DNA from: Sphaerodactylus townsendi
Taxonomy: Eukaryota
Length of the DNA stretch: 64,000 nucleotides
Direction: 5' to 3'
Assembly (NCBI RefSeq): GCF_021028975.2
Contig: NC_059440.1
Span: forward strand, 14,694,001 to 14,758,000
Position numbers and translations under genes: made by a program. Position 1 is the first letter of the stretch. Every line of letters starts with the position of its first letter. The notes under the pieces are model-generated. The model did no database searches. It was not told the DNA's origin and saw nothing but the letters and a program-made list of their open reading frames with translations. Of the stretch, positions 36,630 to 49,780 are shown one piece after another.

Positions 36630-37283
36630 TTAGTTCTTGGCTGCTCTGAGCTTCCGGCGGAAGTACTCGGGTGCGGCGTCAAACAGCCAATCGGCATCCA
36701 CCACACAGAGGTCCCGCATGTAGCACTTGTTGGTATGAAGGAGTTCGTTGAACACGACGCAGGCTGGCTTGCAGTGGAAGAGGACGGAGGACGGGTGGAT
36801 GGCCACCGGCTGGTGGGTGTCGGTTGTGGCGTAGGTCCCGTCCAGCTGCAGCTCGGCTGTGTACATGAAGAGGCTGTACGCGAGGCAGCGGCGGATGTTG
36901 CCCGTATCAGACCGGGAAGATTCGAGCGGTATCGAGAGCTGTAGTAGGAAGGCAGGATAACAGACAATTATGGGAATGATGTTTTCCAGATGCATGATCA
37001 GACTCCTCCCTTGGGGCTGTATAATTTTCTTTCGTTACATGTGCAAAAAAATACAACACCATATGTGGTGTAGTGGTTAAGAGCAGGTCTGGAGAACTGG
37101 GTTTGATTCCCCACTCTTACAGTCCTGCTGGATGATCCTGGGCTAGTCGCAGTTCTCTCCAAACTCTCCCAGCCCTTCCAACCTCACAAGGTGTCTGTTG
37201 TGGGGATAGGAAGGGAAAGGAGATTTTTACAGGAGAAAAAGGCAGGGTATAAATCCAAACTCTTCTCCTTCACAACTCAATTA

Positions 37284-37336
<53 letters not shown>

Positions 37337-40300
37337 ATTGGGGTCCTTTACAATAAGAAGAGTTTGGATTTATACCCCACTTTTCTCTCCTATAAGGAGA
37401 CACAAGGTAGCTTACAAGCTCCTTTCCCTTCCTCTCCCTACAACAGACACCTTGTGAGCTAGGTGGGGTTGATGGCATTCCAAAGAACTGTGACCAGCCC
37501 AAGGTCACCCAGCAGGAACGTAGGAGTGCGGAAACACATCTGGTTCACCAGATAAGCCTCTGCCACTCAGGGGGAGGAGTGGGAATCAAACCCGGTTCTC
37601 CAGATTAGAATCCACCTGCTCTTAACCACAACACCACATTGGCTAGACTATACTGTATTTCATCCAGCTGTCCCTACCCCGACCCTTATTAAAAACCCTT
37701 TTCAAAGTCCACCGCCTTCTGAGATCAGGCTGCTCTGCATGCCAGAAAGATGGCCTTTTCCATGGGGGCTGCTTCCTTTGTGAAATTCCTGCCAGATCCA
37801 CTCTATTGGCAGCAAGAGGCCAGGGGGGAAAAAAAGCAAACCATCTATTTCTTTTTGGCAAGAATTTGGGCTATATGCTGTTTAGTTTAACAAGTCATCT
37901 CCTGCTTCAAAATAATTTTAGCTCATAGTTGCATTGCAGTTTTAATGTTCAGTTGTACTGTAGTACCCGTTTCCCTGAAAATAAGGCCTAGCATGATTAT
38001 TTGGGATTTTTGGAGGATGCCTGAAATATAAGCCCTACTCCAAAAATAAGCCCTAGTTACAGATTCCCTGGCACAGCTGATCTGGTCCCGTGGGGGGCGC
38101 AAAATCATGGGGGAAAAAAGACATCCCTGAAAATGAGCCCCAACGCATCTTTTGCAGCAAAAATTAATATAAGACCCTGTCTTTTTTCAGGGAACACGGT
38201 ACACCTAAAAGACTATGTTACAAGTTGGTTAAAAAGTGGGGTAAGAACCACTGTGAAGGTTTATAAATAACAACCCAGTGGATTTGGGAGCCAGAAAATC
38301 TATAAATAACTACTTCAGTGCATTTTGGAGCTCCTCTGTAATTACCTTCATGCAAATATCTCGCAGCTGTGCTCTGATGTCAGAGACCAGCATCATGTTC
38401 CTGCTGTTCACAAAGTTTTCTTTGCACCATTCCTGGAGAAGGGAAAGAAACAAAATACGGTATCAGGAAATCAAGAATTTTAGCGTGAACGTTATCTGTT
38501 TATTAAATACATTCTTCCCTTCCCTAAGTTTTAAAAGTATTGAGTACTGGGCATATTTTAGATAAAGATTGGATGGGATTTGTAGTTTATTCTTGTATTT
38601 TGATACTTTCTAGTGTTATTTATTTATTGCACATTGTTGTTTGTGTCGTAGTGGTTAAGAGCAGGTGCATTCTAATCTGGAGGAACCGGGTTTGATTCCC
38701 CTGCTCTGCCACTTGAGCTGTGGAGGCTTATCTGGAGAATTCAGATTAGCCTGTGCACTCCCACACACGCCACCTTGGGCTAATCACAGCTTTTCAGAGC
38801 TCTCTCAGCCCCACCTACCTCACAGGGTGTTTGTTATGAGGGGGGAAGGGCAAGGAGATTGTAAACTCCTTTGAGTCTCCTATAGGAGAGAAAGCGGGAT
38901 ATAAATCCAATCTACTCCTTCTCCTCCTCTTCTTCCTCTTCTTCTTCTTTATCTGATGTTTATGTTATGACCTATGGTTACAACATGAAATTGGATTGGT
39001 TCATATTTTTTTTCTTTTAGAATGAGTAAAATGCTTCTTAAGGCCAGTTTTTTCCACCCTCCAAATGTACAGCACGAAAAAGTCCAAGGACTCGTTCCAA
39101 TTTTTCCGGCTGAAAAACTGGGGAACTTGAAGGACCGCCGGAAAAAAACCTCCTATGAAGGTTTTCTCTTTTTGAGTGAGAAAAAGAACCTTGTCTTTTG
39201 GGACTAAACATTTTGTCTCTTGCCTTGAAAATTCTCTGGTGTCGCCATAAGCCAGCTGTGACTTGAAGGGTGGGGGAAGGTACGACACAAAACAGTCTGA
39301 AGACATTTCTTGTTTTTTCCAGTAGGAAATGTGGCGGAGCATTCTCGTATTGTAGACATATACAACATTTTGAAGATTATGTTGGTTTAAATGAAAACAA
39401 TTTTGGTAACAATTAATATGCTACAGTATATTTAATGATACTGAAACGTATTTAATTATAACGATAATGAGAGTTCAGTCTTTTCAACATAACAAGGTTC
39501 AGCTTAATATCCAAACATGCTGGCAGTCCTAACCATTGTGACGCTAATTTTATAGACAAACTAAGCTATGAACTGTGCTCTTTATGTTGTTACAATTAGT
39601 AAAAGAAGTTCAGGTTTGGTAGGATAGTGAGTGTTGCATATATTTCAATCCCCCCCCCCCCCCCGTACTTTCTGCTTTTTTTAAATGAATTTTTTCCCCG
39701 TGGCTTCAAGGTTCCAGAAATTTTCCATTAGAATAATAAGAAGAGATGAATTTATATCCCCCCTTTCTTTCCTGCAAGACTCAAAGGGGCTTACAAACTG
39801 TCTACCTGGGCCCTAGCAAAGCATCGTGAATACCTACCCGATTGCCACTGATGTTTTTGAAGGCTCGGTAGATATTGAGCAACGTGATGTGGTCCCCTTC
39901 GCTGGAGATGAACTTTTTCCGGATGGCCTGGACGTCGTCACGCCGGGATGGGGGGTTGTAGAGGACGCTGTCCACAGATAGGATTGAGATAATGGTGAGG
40001 ATCTCCTCTGAGCAGTGGAACCTGGGGGACATCAGAATGGTCTGGAGAGAAGAAAAGAATGAGCAGATTCAGCCAGCAAGTCGTCCGGGGAAGATGAAAA
40101 TGATTGGCTCGAAAATCAGGTACAGGAAGGGCTGTGGCATAAGGGGATAAACCTGCATCTGCTGCACCAGCAAGTGAACAAAACAAGAAATACGGAGCTC
40201 TCGTGTAATAAAGGCAGCTGAGAGCTGACTTGTGGAAGTACAGTAGAAATAAGAGGCTTTCTTTGCTGAGTTTTTGTCATTAAGATCCTTAGAATTTTAG

Positions 40301-43300
40301 TGCTGTCATTGTTCTTTATTTTGTTCAAGTGCTGGGTACCCAGCCAGTGTCCCAAACCCCTCTACCCTCTGCCACTTCTTGTGCACCAGCAAATGAAAGC
40401 AGAACCCAACTAAACAGCACGGCCTTCTAATTCAACAGAATACTAAAACCAGGGGGCATACATTGAAAATGCTGGGGGGAAGAATTGGGACCAATAAAAG
40501 GAAACATTTCTTCACGCAACGTGTGATTGGTCTTTGGAATATGCTGCCACAGGAGGTGGTGATGGCCACTCACCTAGATGGCTTTACAAGGGGCTTGGAC
40601 AGATTGATGGAGGAGAAGTTGATCTATGGCTGCCAATCTTGATCTTCCTTGATGTGAGATTGCAAATGCCTTAGCAGACCAGGTGCTCGGGAGCAGCAGC
40701 AGCAGCAGCAGCAGGCCATTGCTTTCACATCCTGCATGTGAGCTCCCAAAGGCATCTGGTGGGCCACTGCAAGTAGCAGAGTGCTGGACTAGATGGACTC
40801 TGGCCCGATCCAGCAGGCCCTTATGATCTTAAGATAAAAAGTGAACGCTTAAACCCTTGACAGCTTTGCTTCCGTTCACATTTTTTGGACACTGATGAGC
40901 AAGACAGCAAAAGTGATACGGGAAAGTCTAATCTTTTCCCCTTAAGCGAAAAAGGAAAGAAAGGTTATCTCTGTTAAATTTTTACTTTGGAGAACTTAGG
41001 TTCCAGAGGAAATGCTGCCATCTTCCTTCCCAGAGTGGTCAGGACGAGCTGGTCATCTTTTCTTTCCACTGCCCCCAACAGGGCAAGCTGTTCAATAGCC
41101 GCCTGAATGGCCTCTGTTGAGCAAAAAGACACGCGGTAAGGATCCTGCTACTATCGTTTCCCGAAAGGAAGAGTGACAGGCGTCCGAGATGTCTAATTCA
41201 ACAGCAACCTTTATTAGGCATAAAAATCCACTCTAGTGGCTTGACAAATGTTTAAAAGTTACATGGCAAGTTTGTAATCAGAAGAAAAGGAGGAACAGAA
41301 CTAAGCATAAAACTAGTTACAAAATTCAATCACTTGTAAGAGAAATTTTGATACTTTTCCCAACATCACGACATCTGAACTGTTTAACAAGAGCTCCACA
41401 GTAAAACTGTCGGTGTCTCTTGCAGTTTCATCTACAGCCAGACAGTGAGAGAAATTTCTAATATTCACATAGCTCAGATAGTCGAGTATAATATGCTTAA
41501 GAGTGTCCACTTGCTGGTTCTTACAATGGGGACAAACCTGATCCTGGAGAGGGAAGGATAAATAGTGACACTCTGTCACAGCAGATGGTAGAGTATTGCA
41601 TCTATCCCTTGTAGTAATCTATCTCTATTGGGGTTCAGTCAACAATGCAAGATATTGAGCTGATTGCTAGGAAGATAGGTTTACCAAAGAGAGTTGGTGT
41701 TTTTAAAATGAGTATTGTCACTAGCCTCCTTGTCTATTTTTCACACTGAAAGTACAGCGTATCAGTACTTCAACTAAAATGTTAAAAAACCCTCATGGTA
41801 CATGCTTGGAAATTTTCGCAAAGTGATGCCCTTATCTGGGCTGGAATTTCTAGTGGCAGTGAGTCCTGTCTCCTGACCCCATGCTGTAGGAACTTGCTTA
41901 CCTGGAGATGGTTTGGACATAAAGTCAAAGGTGAGAACGTTCGGAATCCTCAGGGCCAGCAGGTGGAGCATCACACTGGCCAGGTTACACCTGCAGAGGG
42001 AGAGAAATCCTGCCTTTTGATTCAGGAAAGAAATCTTGTTTTGTCATACAAACCTGGCCGACTGGTGATACCTTGGTAGCAGAAACAGATACTGCCCAAG
42101 GCGAATCAAACAGGAAGTCCCAAAATAAGTTTTTCTGTTATAGCCCTCAGTTACAGAACTCTGCCTCCACTAAGAGGTGCCACTGGCAACGTTCTTAAAG
42201 ACTTCTGGCAGAGCCTGTTCCAGAAGACCTTTGAAATTAATGTAGCACAAATGGCTAGGCAGCTTTTTTGGCCAAGGGCCCCCCCCCCCCCCCCCCAAGT
42301 TTTTTTACTTGTGGAGACAATGGGTTGCATTAACATTCTGCATTAACATTCTGCATTGCATTAACATATTCTGCATTCTGCATTGCATTAACATATTAAC
42401 AATGGGTTGCAACATTCTGGTCTGTGCTCGATGGGGACCAAGAACAGGCTGGTCAAAAGGCAGGAACCAAACCAAGAATCCAAGCCTCACCTTTGTATTT
42501 CAGGCACCGTCATTTTGTCAAACTTCTCAAACTCGTGTTCCGTGTACAGGCGGTAGCAAAGTCCGCTGTCCTCTCTTCCGGCTCGGCCTGCCCGCTGCCA
42601 AGCCTGTGCTTTTGATACCCTCTGGACTGCCAGCACTTCAAGCCCGCTTTCTACGAAAGAACAGGAATCCACCATCCACAACACCTGTAAAAAGTCTTCC
42701 CTTTGGGAAGATAACTTCCGAAGGGAGGGCAGATCAACAGCCACTGCACAGCTGAGATGATCTCTTTCCTTCTGACCAGACTGTGGAGATCTGGGGACCT
42801 TCCACAGACTAACCATTAAATTGCTACCAGATGGATCTATACCCTGGCCCAACATTATGTGGGCAAGAAAACGTGATTTACCTGGTATGCAAAGGACTAG
42901 GAGATACAAGAATTAGTGTGGACTGAAAGAGAGAGCTCACAGTTAAGCGGAAGCCCTTAAACGATGCCCCACACTTACTGCTCAAAGCATCTGCCCCAAC
43001 CAAACTTTTGTGTAAGGCATTGCCCTTCGTGCACGTACCAGGAGTGTACTTCTTGGCTTTAAACATGCCCGTGTCCACGACGTATTTTATGCCTGCGATA
43101 GTGATGGAGGTCTCAGCAATGTTCGTTGAGAGGATCACTTTGCGATAGCCCTGAGAATACAGAAGGGGTGTGTGTGGAAATGAAGAAGCTTCATCTAAAT
43201 TTCTTCGTGGCTGTGTTGGGCTTCTCCTTAGAGTATGTTCAAAGCACAGACCTCTGGAAACTCCCTTCTTAGGGAGATTCATCCCTCTGTCTGTTGCTAT

Positions 43301-46300
43301 CTTTCTGCCAGTTGTTTCATATGGCATTCCTTCGATGGTCCCTCCTTCCTAACCAATGTTTTGTATGCTATTTTAGCTCTTTCAAACACTCTTTTAAAAA
43401 CACTAGAATCAAGACAATGGTTAGTGAACACTACCCAGACACAGGATGTCTCTCTGCAGGAAGCTCTGCAGGAAGCTCTGCAGGAAGCAATTAAGTGGAT
43501 TAAAATGCCAGGCAACTGATACGCAGATACCCTCACTAACTGATTATGCAACTTCAGTGTTAAATATCTGCTAAAATGGGTGGCTTCCACTTAACACATG
43601 CAAATCACACTTGCAAACTGCACCCTTAACATTTGTTAACCAATGCAAATGGTTCTTTCTCCCACCCTAAGAACATAAGAACAAGCCAGCTGGATCATAC
43701 CAGAGTCCATCCAGTCCAGCTCTCTGCTACTCACAGTGGCCTACCAGGTGCCTTTGGGAGCTCACATGCAGGATGTGAAAGCAATGGCCTTCTGTGGCTG
43801 TTGCTCCCGATCACCTGGTCTGTTAAGGCATTTGCAATCTCAGATCAAAGAGGATCAAGATTGGTAGCCAACTCTGGACATTCTACAGGTATATATACTC
43901 CACTTGCTTTCCTACCATCAGATCCTCTGAAGATGCTAGCCACAGATGCAGGCGAAACGTTAGGAAAAAAAATACTATAGCCATACAACCCATAAAAATC
44001 CACAACACCCCACTCTTTTAAAAGTTGTTTTAAAGAGGTACGCTGGGAGTGGGGAGAGTTATTTTAATGGTTTTATAATGTATTTTATCATTTGTATTTT
44101 GAACTGTTAGCCACGCTGGTTGCTCTTGTAATGGGAGAAAGGCAGGTATGGTTTTTTAAAACAAACAAACTGTAGTTATAAGCAATGAAATAGGTCAGCA
44201 AGTTTGATATGCATATCAAAAAGCAGAAATTCCTTTCCTTTTTTAAAAGAAAGAAGTGCTTGTGCGTGTGTGTTGTCGTGAGTAGGTAGTGCTCCTAGCG
44301 ATTCATTAAGTAAACCAAGCAAAAGTAACTTTACATATCTGAACACCTAAGAGTGGACTTGCTACATATCTCATTCCCCCACCCCACACCTGGGGCTTGC
44401 AGCCTGGAGCCCGTGTTAGCCAACCGAGTGCATCAGGACCCACCCAAGAAACATTCCTCTGTTTTGTTTACATTGATTCCATTATTTAAAATGTCTGGAT
44501 GGAAGACGTAGAGAGGAGGACTGGAATTAGACCCTGTTCTCACCCACCAAGTGGTCTCCGTCCCTCACTGTAGCCCTTGGATGCCTCTGTTCAGAAAGTT
44601 ACAGAGAAAAGTGTTGCACCACAGAGCCAATTGCATGTTCTACCTTGGGTGCAGTCTGGAAGACTCGGAGTTGCTGTGAGTAGGGCAGAGAAGCATACAG
44701 AGGCATGACCACCATTGGTGCGCAACCGTCGGGAAGATGTTTTGCGATGTCCCGGCAGGTTTTGGTCATGGCTTCGATCTCCTCCTGACCCGTCAGGAAG
44801 ACCAAGATGTCCTGAGAAGATGGTGCTTCCTTGAAAGGAAAGAACAGATAGAAGTATAGATATTAATCTGTATTGTTAACAGTTCACCACCGGACTACAG
44901 AAATCTGAGATGGTTAAGCTTAAGGGTTTAGTTAATCGGCAGTCCTATGCAGTTACAGCGGCCTTGAGACCCACTGATTTAAATGGGCTTCCACCAGAGT
45001 AATTCTGCACTGGATTGCTATGGAAGCTACCTTGATTTGATCTGATTTACTGGATGTAATATACCGCCCCACCCATCCCAGGATCAGGATGGCTCACTAC
45101 AAAACATCTGAGAGCTCTGGAAGTAAATAATAATATTTATTCTATTTATTAATTTACAAAATTGGTCCCCTATCTTTCTACGCTTACAGTGGCCCCCAAC
45201 AAGTGCAAAGACATGAGGGGAAAAAGGGGAAATCAGAAAACAACCCCCCTCTCCCCCACACACACATACACACAGTCTCTAAAAGAAACCAACAAGACAT
45301 GAGAATGGTTATGGACAAGAGGTCTCGAATCCTAGATTTTCTCCCTGCAACATACAGACTGGGATGTGGGATGGAATAGCGGAGTCACATATCATCAGAT
45401 CTCAGAAGCTAAGCCAGGTTGGTCTTTGGACGGAGGACCATGAAGGAAGACTGCAGAGGAAGGCAACAGCAAACCATCTCTGCTTAATCACTTGCCTTGA
45501 ACACGGCTACGGGGTTGCTGTAAGCCAGCTGCGAATTGACAGCACTTTACACGCAAAACATACAGATCAAGAGACAAGTGAGGACGACTAAGGGAGAAAT
45601 CCTAATCAGATCTACTCAGAATAATCCCTGTGTTATTTAGTAGAGCTTACTCCCAAGAAAGCGTTCTTAGGTTTACAGCCCTAACAAGTTCCTAGAAAAA
45701 TGCAGCTGGGGTCTTCAGTACACATGGCTGGGCAAAATGCAACTTTCAACCTGCAGATTTGGTTGTTTTTGGATCTGGAGAGGTTCTCACGTCCTTTACA
45801 TCTCACTGAATGAGGCTCACCTGTTTCTAAATACAGACCGGACTGTCAATATACCCACAGATATAATAAAGTTGGCGCGTACCTGATGGATCTGAAAGAT
45901 GGTCACTAACGCAGCCTGGAGGTAATCGCTCTGAGGTTGTTTGGCGTAGAAGATCTGGATGGGATGCTGCCGGCCTTCCAGGTATAGGACAGGTGCTCCA
46001 TTGAAGTATTGGGAGAACTGGTCAACGTCCATGGTAGCCGACATAACAATTATCTGTCAAAAACGACCCCTTGTTATTGTGCTTTAACAGAAGTCTGGGG
46101 ACGCTTGTCTTATGCTTAGTTCGCCCTTTGATCTAAGGAAGTATTACCAACTCTGACCAGTAAATCAAAACAAATCAAGGTAGCTTATGTAACAGCAATC
46201 CAGTACAGAGTTACTCTGGTGGAAGCCCTTTGAAATCGGTGGGCCTCAAGGCTGCTGAAACTGCATAGGACTGTACTGCTGATTAACTGAACCCTTAAGC

Positions 46301-49300
46301 TTAACCATCTCAGATTTCTGTAGTGAGGTGAACTGTTAATATTACAGATTAATATCTATACTTCTATTTGTTCTTTTCTTTCAAGGAAGCACCATCTTCT
46401 CGGGACATAATCTGGCCCAGCTCAAACACAAACTTTCAGTCAGAGCCATCCAAGCCTATATACACATTTAAATATGTGTGCGTATATATGGCTGGTTTTG
46501 TCCGGCTGATGTCTAGTCTGATTCAACCTTTTGCTCTTTTTTTGCAGTTTGCAATTCAGTTTAATGGGAGGGGAGAAATAATTAAAACAGAAACTGCTAC
46601 AAAACTGGCCTTGCATGTGCAAGAAACCAGTTTGGAAAGAAGAAGAATAGCTGGAAATGAATATTATTTATAGCTATGACATTCTGTCCCAACTATGTTT
46701 TAATTATTTCTTCTCTTCCATTAAACAAAACTGCAAGCAGGGGGGAAAAAGGGACAAGAGAATGAATTAGAGTAGATGTCAGCACAACAAAACTGCCCTC
46801 AGAAGATTTTTTTAAAAAAAGAATAAAATCAGAGTGATTCAAATTACGGGTTACCATACAACCAACACTGTTTTTACTAAAAGCAAGATGAAAGAAAAAT
46901 ATATTCTCCTGACATCTGAAGGTAGAGACAGGCCGGGAGAATCGGCCTGGATAAGCTGTTCCACAAACCTGGTGCCACCACAGAAAAGGCCTTGTTCTGG
47001 CTTGGCAAAGGTCAAAGTAAGGAGAGGATCCCCAACATTAATTTACACAATGAACTCCATGACCCATAGTGCTTTGGAATTAGTGCAAAGACCTTGTTTT
47101 GCTGTTATGTTCAAAGCTGACAAAGACAAGCCCTCTGTCCCATGCTAGCAACATCACACAAAAACAGACACTGGAAAGGCAATGCCACGAAAGTGCCACT
47201 TTTCCACCTCCAGCCCTGCTGAAATATTCACTTTTAGTGAGGATTTCCCCAAGTCCTTCCGCTTCTTCTGCGCTGTTTTCACCACGCCAAAGAGCACGTC
47301 TGTGTGGATTGTCCTCTCGTGCGCTTCGTCCAAAATGACAACACTGTACTTGTGGAGGAGGGGGTCCCCGATGGCTTCACGGAGCAGCATCCCGTCTGTC
47401 AGGAACTTGATTTTCGTCTCCTCGGAAGTAAGATCCTCGAAGCGAACTGTGTAGCCGACCTGAGGAGAGCAATCATAAAACAGAAGCGGAACCCATTTAC
47501 AAGTGATTACTCCATAAAATGACCCATTGAGCTTTAACTGCAATGAACCAGCATAGCATAGCGGTCAACAGAATGAGCCTTGAGAGGTGTTGCAGTTATG
47601 AGACTGAGCTACAAACCAAGAAGCCTTGGAAAAGCCAGCTTTTCACATCTTCAGTTTTCCCATCTGCAGTCTGGATATAATAATAGTAGCCAACAAATAC
47701 TGCAGTAATAGTATTACCAGAGAACCCTCTTACAATTAAACAATGCATGTGAATTGCACTGCATGCTCTCAACTGTTATTAATGTAAGCTCCAGGGCCCC
47801 AAGTCCATCTCTGGAACATTTTCCTGCCTCCCTTTCCTGGCTGATATCCATCAAGTCTTATATCCACTGAGTCTAACCATGGTAAGTGCAGGCTGCACAT
47901 CCAACCAGGGTCAAATTGACAAAGCGAAGTGGAGAAGGTGCATTTGAAAGCGGGAATATGAAACTGCCTTACACTAGAATTTTGGCCAAACTAGTTCAGT
48001 ATTTATCTACTATGGTGCAGCTCTCAAGTGGATGCAGATCTTTCCCAACACTGGTTACCTGACAGCCAGTGTGGTGTAGTGGTTAAGAGCAGGTGGATTC
48101 TAATCTGGAGAACCCCACTCCTCCACCTGAATGGCAGAGGCTTATCTGGTGAACCAGACGTGTTTCCACACTCCTACATTCCTGCTGGGGGACCTTGGGC
48201 TAGTCACAGTTCTTCAGAACTCTCTTAGCCTCACCTGCCTCACAAGGTGTCTGTTGTGGGGAGAGGAAGGGAAAGGAGGTTGTAAGCCACCTTGAGTCTC
48301 CTTACAGGAGAGAAAGGTGGTATATAAATCCAAAGTCTTCTTCTTCTTTAACTGGAAACATCATGGACTGAGATGATGGACTGAGTACAAAGCATCTCTC
48401 CTACCACTGATACACAGCTTCTCCTGATTTGCAAACTATGGGAGAAATTTTGTCTCATTCAACCAAAAAGAAGTAACATACCAGCTTCCCCAGTTCGGTT
48501 TTCTTCTCATCAGAGACTCGAGTAGCTAAGGAGATAGCGGCAACACGGCGAGGCTGAGTGATAGCAATAATGCCCTGGCGTCCAATTCCCCCTTCGTAGA
48601 GGTACTGGGGGATCTGAGTTGTCTTCCCAGATCCTGTTTCCCCTGCAGAACAATTAAGCAAGCAGCTTTGTCCGTGGGTACCAACATCTGTCTTGGTTAC
48701 AAAAGCCAAGTTCATAAAGCAAACCAGCGGTAAGTCTGTCTTTCTGGAGTGGGGTGGGGGTAATGTCTGGTAACTGTTCTTTCAGCACCACACACACAAA
48801 CAACAAGGAACCAATTCAATGCCAGCTCTTTCTCCTGTGCATCGTTCATTGTTCCCTAAATGGTCACCTATTTAAAAAGGTAGCATAGGAATGTCAGACA
48901 TCTTGTGTTCTTCCCGTTCTCAACATCTGCATGCTCTTATTGTTATGTTTTATTATTGTAAGCCGCTGTGAGCCCTTTCCGGGAGGGCGGCATATACATG
49001 GAAATAATTAATGAATGGGAAAGACAGTGAATATTTTCCCACCTTCCCCAAACACCCTCTTTATTCATTTATTATCGTCATAGACAAGAAATGTAAGCAA
49101 CTTAAAACCACCTTCCCCAATCAGGGGTCATGTCATGCCCTACAAACACCATAGAGAGATACAGGACCAGAAAGGTCCTGGACAGCTCCCCCTTCCCCAG
49201 AAAAGGCGTGCCTATGCTGAGCCCCGCCCCGGCGATGCCCAAAAGGCGTGGCTATACTATGCTGAGCCCCGCCCCTCGTTCCGCACCGCAGAGGCGTAGG

Positions 49301-49608
49301 CTCAGCAGCAGGAGGCGTGGCCTCCGTAAGCCCCGCCCAGCTCCAAGGTGGGGGAAGGGTTTTTCGGTCTCCTCACCGATGAGGACGGCGCAGTCGAGGC
49401 TCCGGAGCTGGCCGAGGAGCGCCCCTCGCGCCTGGAAGATGGGCAGGCTGCGGCGCCGGCTCTCGAGCCCCGAGGCGGGCGGAGGCTGCCGCTTGGCTGC
49501 GGGCGGCGCCGGCAACATAGCTCTGCGGAAGCCGGAGCCGAAGGGCGCCGCGGCGGACGCCAGCTTCGGCCTCTTGGACGGGGGGAGGTCGCCGCCCCGC
49601 TGAGGCAT
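36630..49608 (-). CDS. DHX33: DEAH-box RNA helicase 33, 12 coding exons, 688 aa
   Basis: Exons 49608-49377, 48642-48482, 47459-47232, 46053-45883, 44829-44644, 43150-43039, 42650-42491, 41990-41902, 41113-40986, 40041-39838, 38432-38346, 36938-36630 (2067 nt, GT-AG). Motifs [32 protein letters not shown]. Sits between C1QBP and DERL2. Confidence 0.97.
37064..37643. mobile_element. Tail-to-tail Squam3-type SINE pair (37064-37271 +, 37355-37643 -) separated by (TCTG)n
   Basis: Family consensus in opposite orientations. Confidence 0.85.
37964..38201. mobile_element. Tc1/mariner-type MITE in DHX33 intron 11
   Basis: TA-flanked termini cccgtttccctgaaaataag...cttttttcagggaacacgg with repeated aaaataagccc. 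Confidence 0.65.
38646..38948 (+). mobile_element. Squam3-type SINE
   Basis: Full length. Confidence 0.9.
40432..40830 (+). mobile_element. CR1 3' fragment (same family as 18038-19970)
   Basis: Near-identical to 19590-19970. Confidence 0.9.
41290..41650 (-). mobile_element. Degenerate non-LTR retrotransposon ORF2 C-terminal fragment
   Basis: [17 protein letters not shown] resembles the C-terminal CCHC knuckle of LINE ORF2, followed by AATAAA on the same strand. Confidence 0.45.
43670..43870 (-). mobile_element. CR1 3'UTR fragment
   Basis: taagaacataagaac tail followed by the reverse complement of the CR1 3'UTR. Confidence 0.8.
43872..44010 (+). mobile_element. Penelope-like terminal fragment carrying a hammerhead-type motif (43923-43965)
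   Basis: tcct-CTGAAGA-t-gct...ggc-GAAA-CGTT-agga. Confidence 0.7.
48063..48347 (+). mobile_element. Squam3-type SINE
   Basis: Full length. Confidence 0.9.
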
Positions 49609-49780
49609 CGTCCTCCTCGCCGGGGATCAGCTGCCGGCAACGGTAACGTCGCTGCTGGAGAACATGCTTGCAGGGCTCCGCCCCTCGGACTGGGGCCTCA
49701 CCGAGCGTGGACTACGACTCCCAGCATCACCTGGGGGCATGCTGGGTATTGCAGTCTGTTAAAACGCGCATGCGCATCAG
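49609..49780 (-). promoter_or_regulatory. DHX33 CpG-island promoter
   Basis: Inverted pair of ZNF143/THAP11-type ACTAC..CCCAGCAT motifs (49710-49756) and an NRF1 palindrome GCGCATGCGC (49766-49775) upstream of the ATG. Confidence 0.65.
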
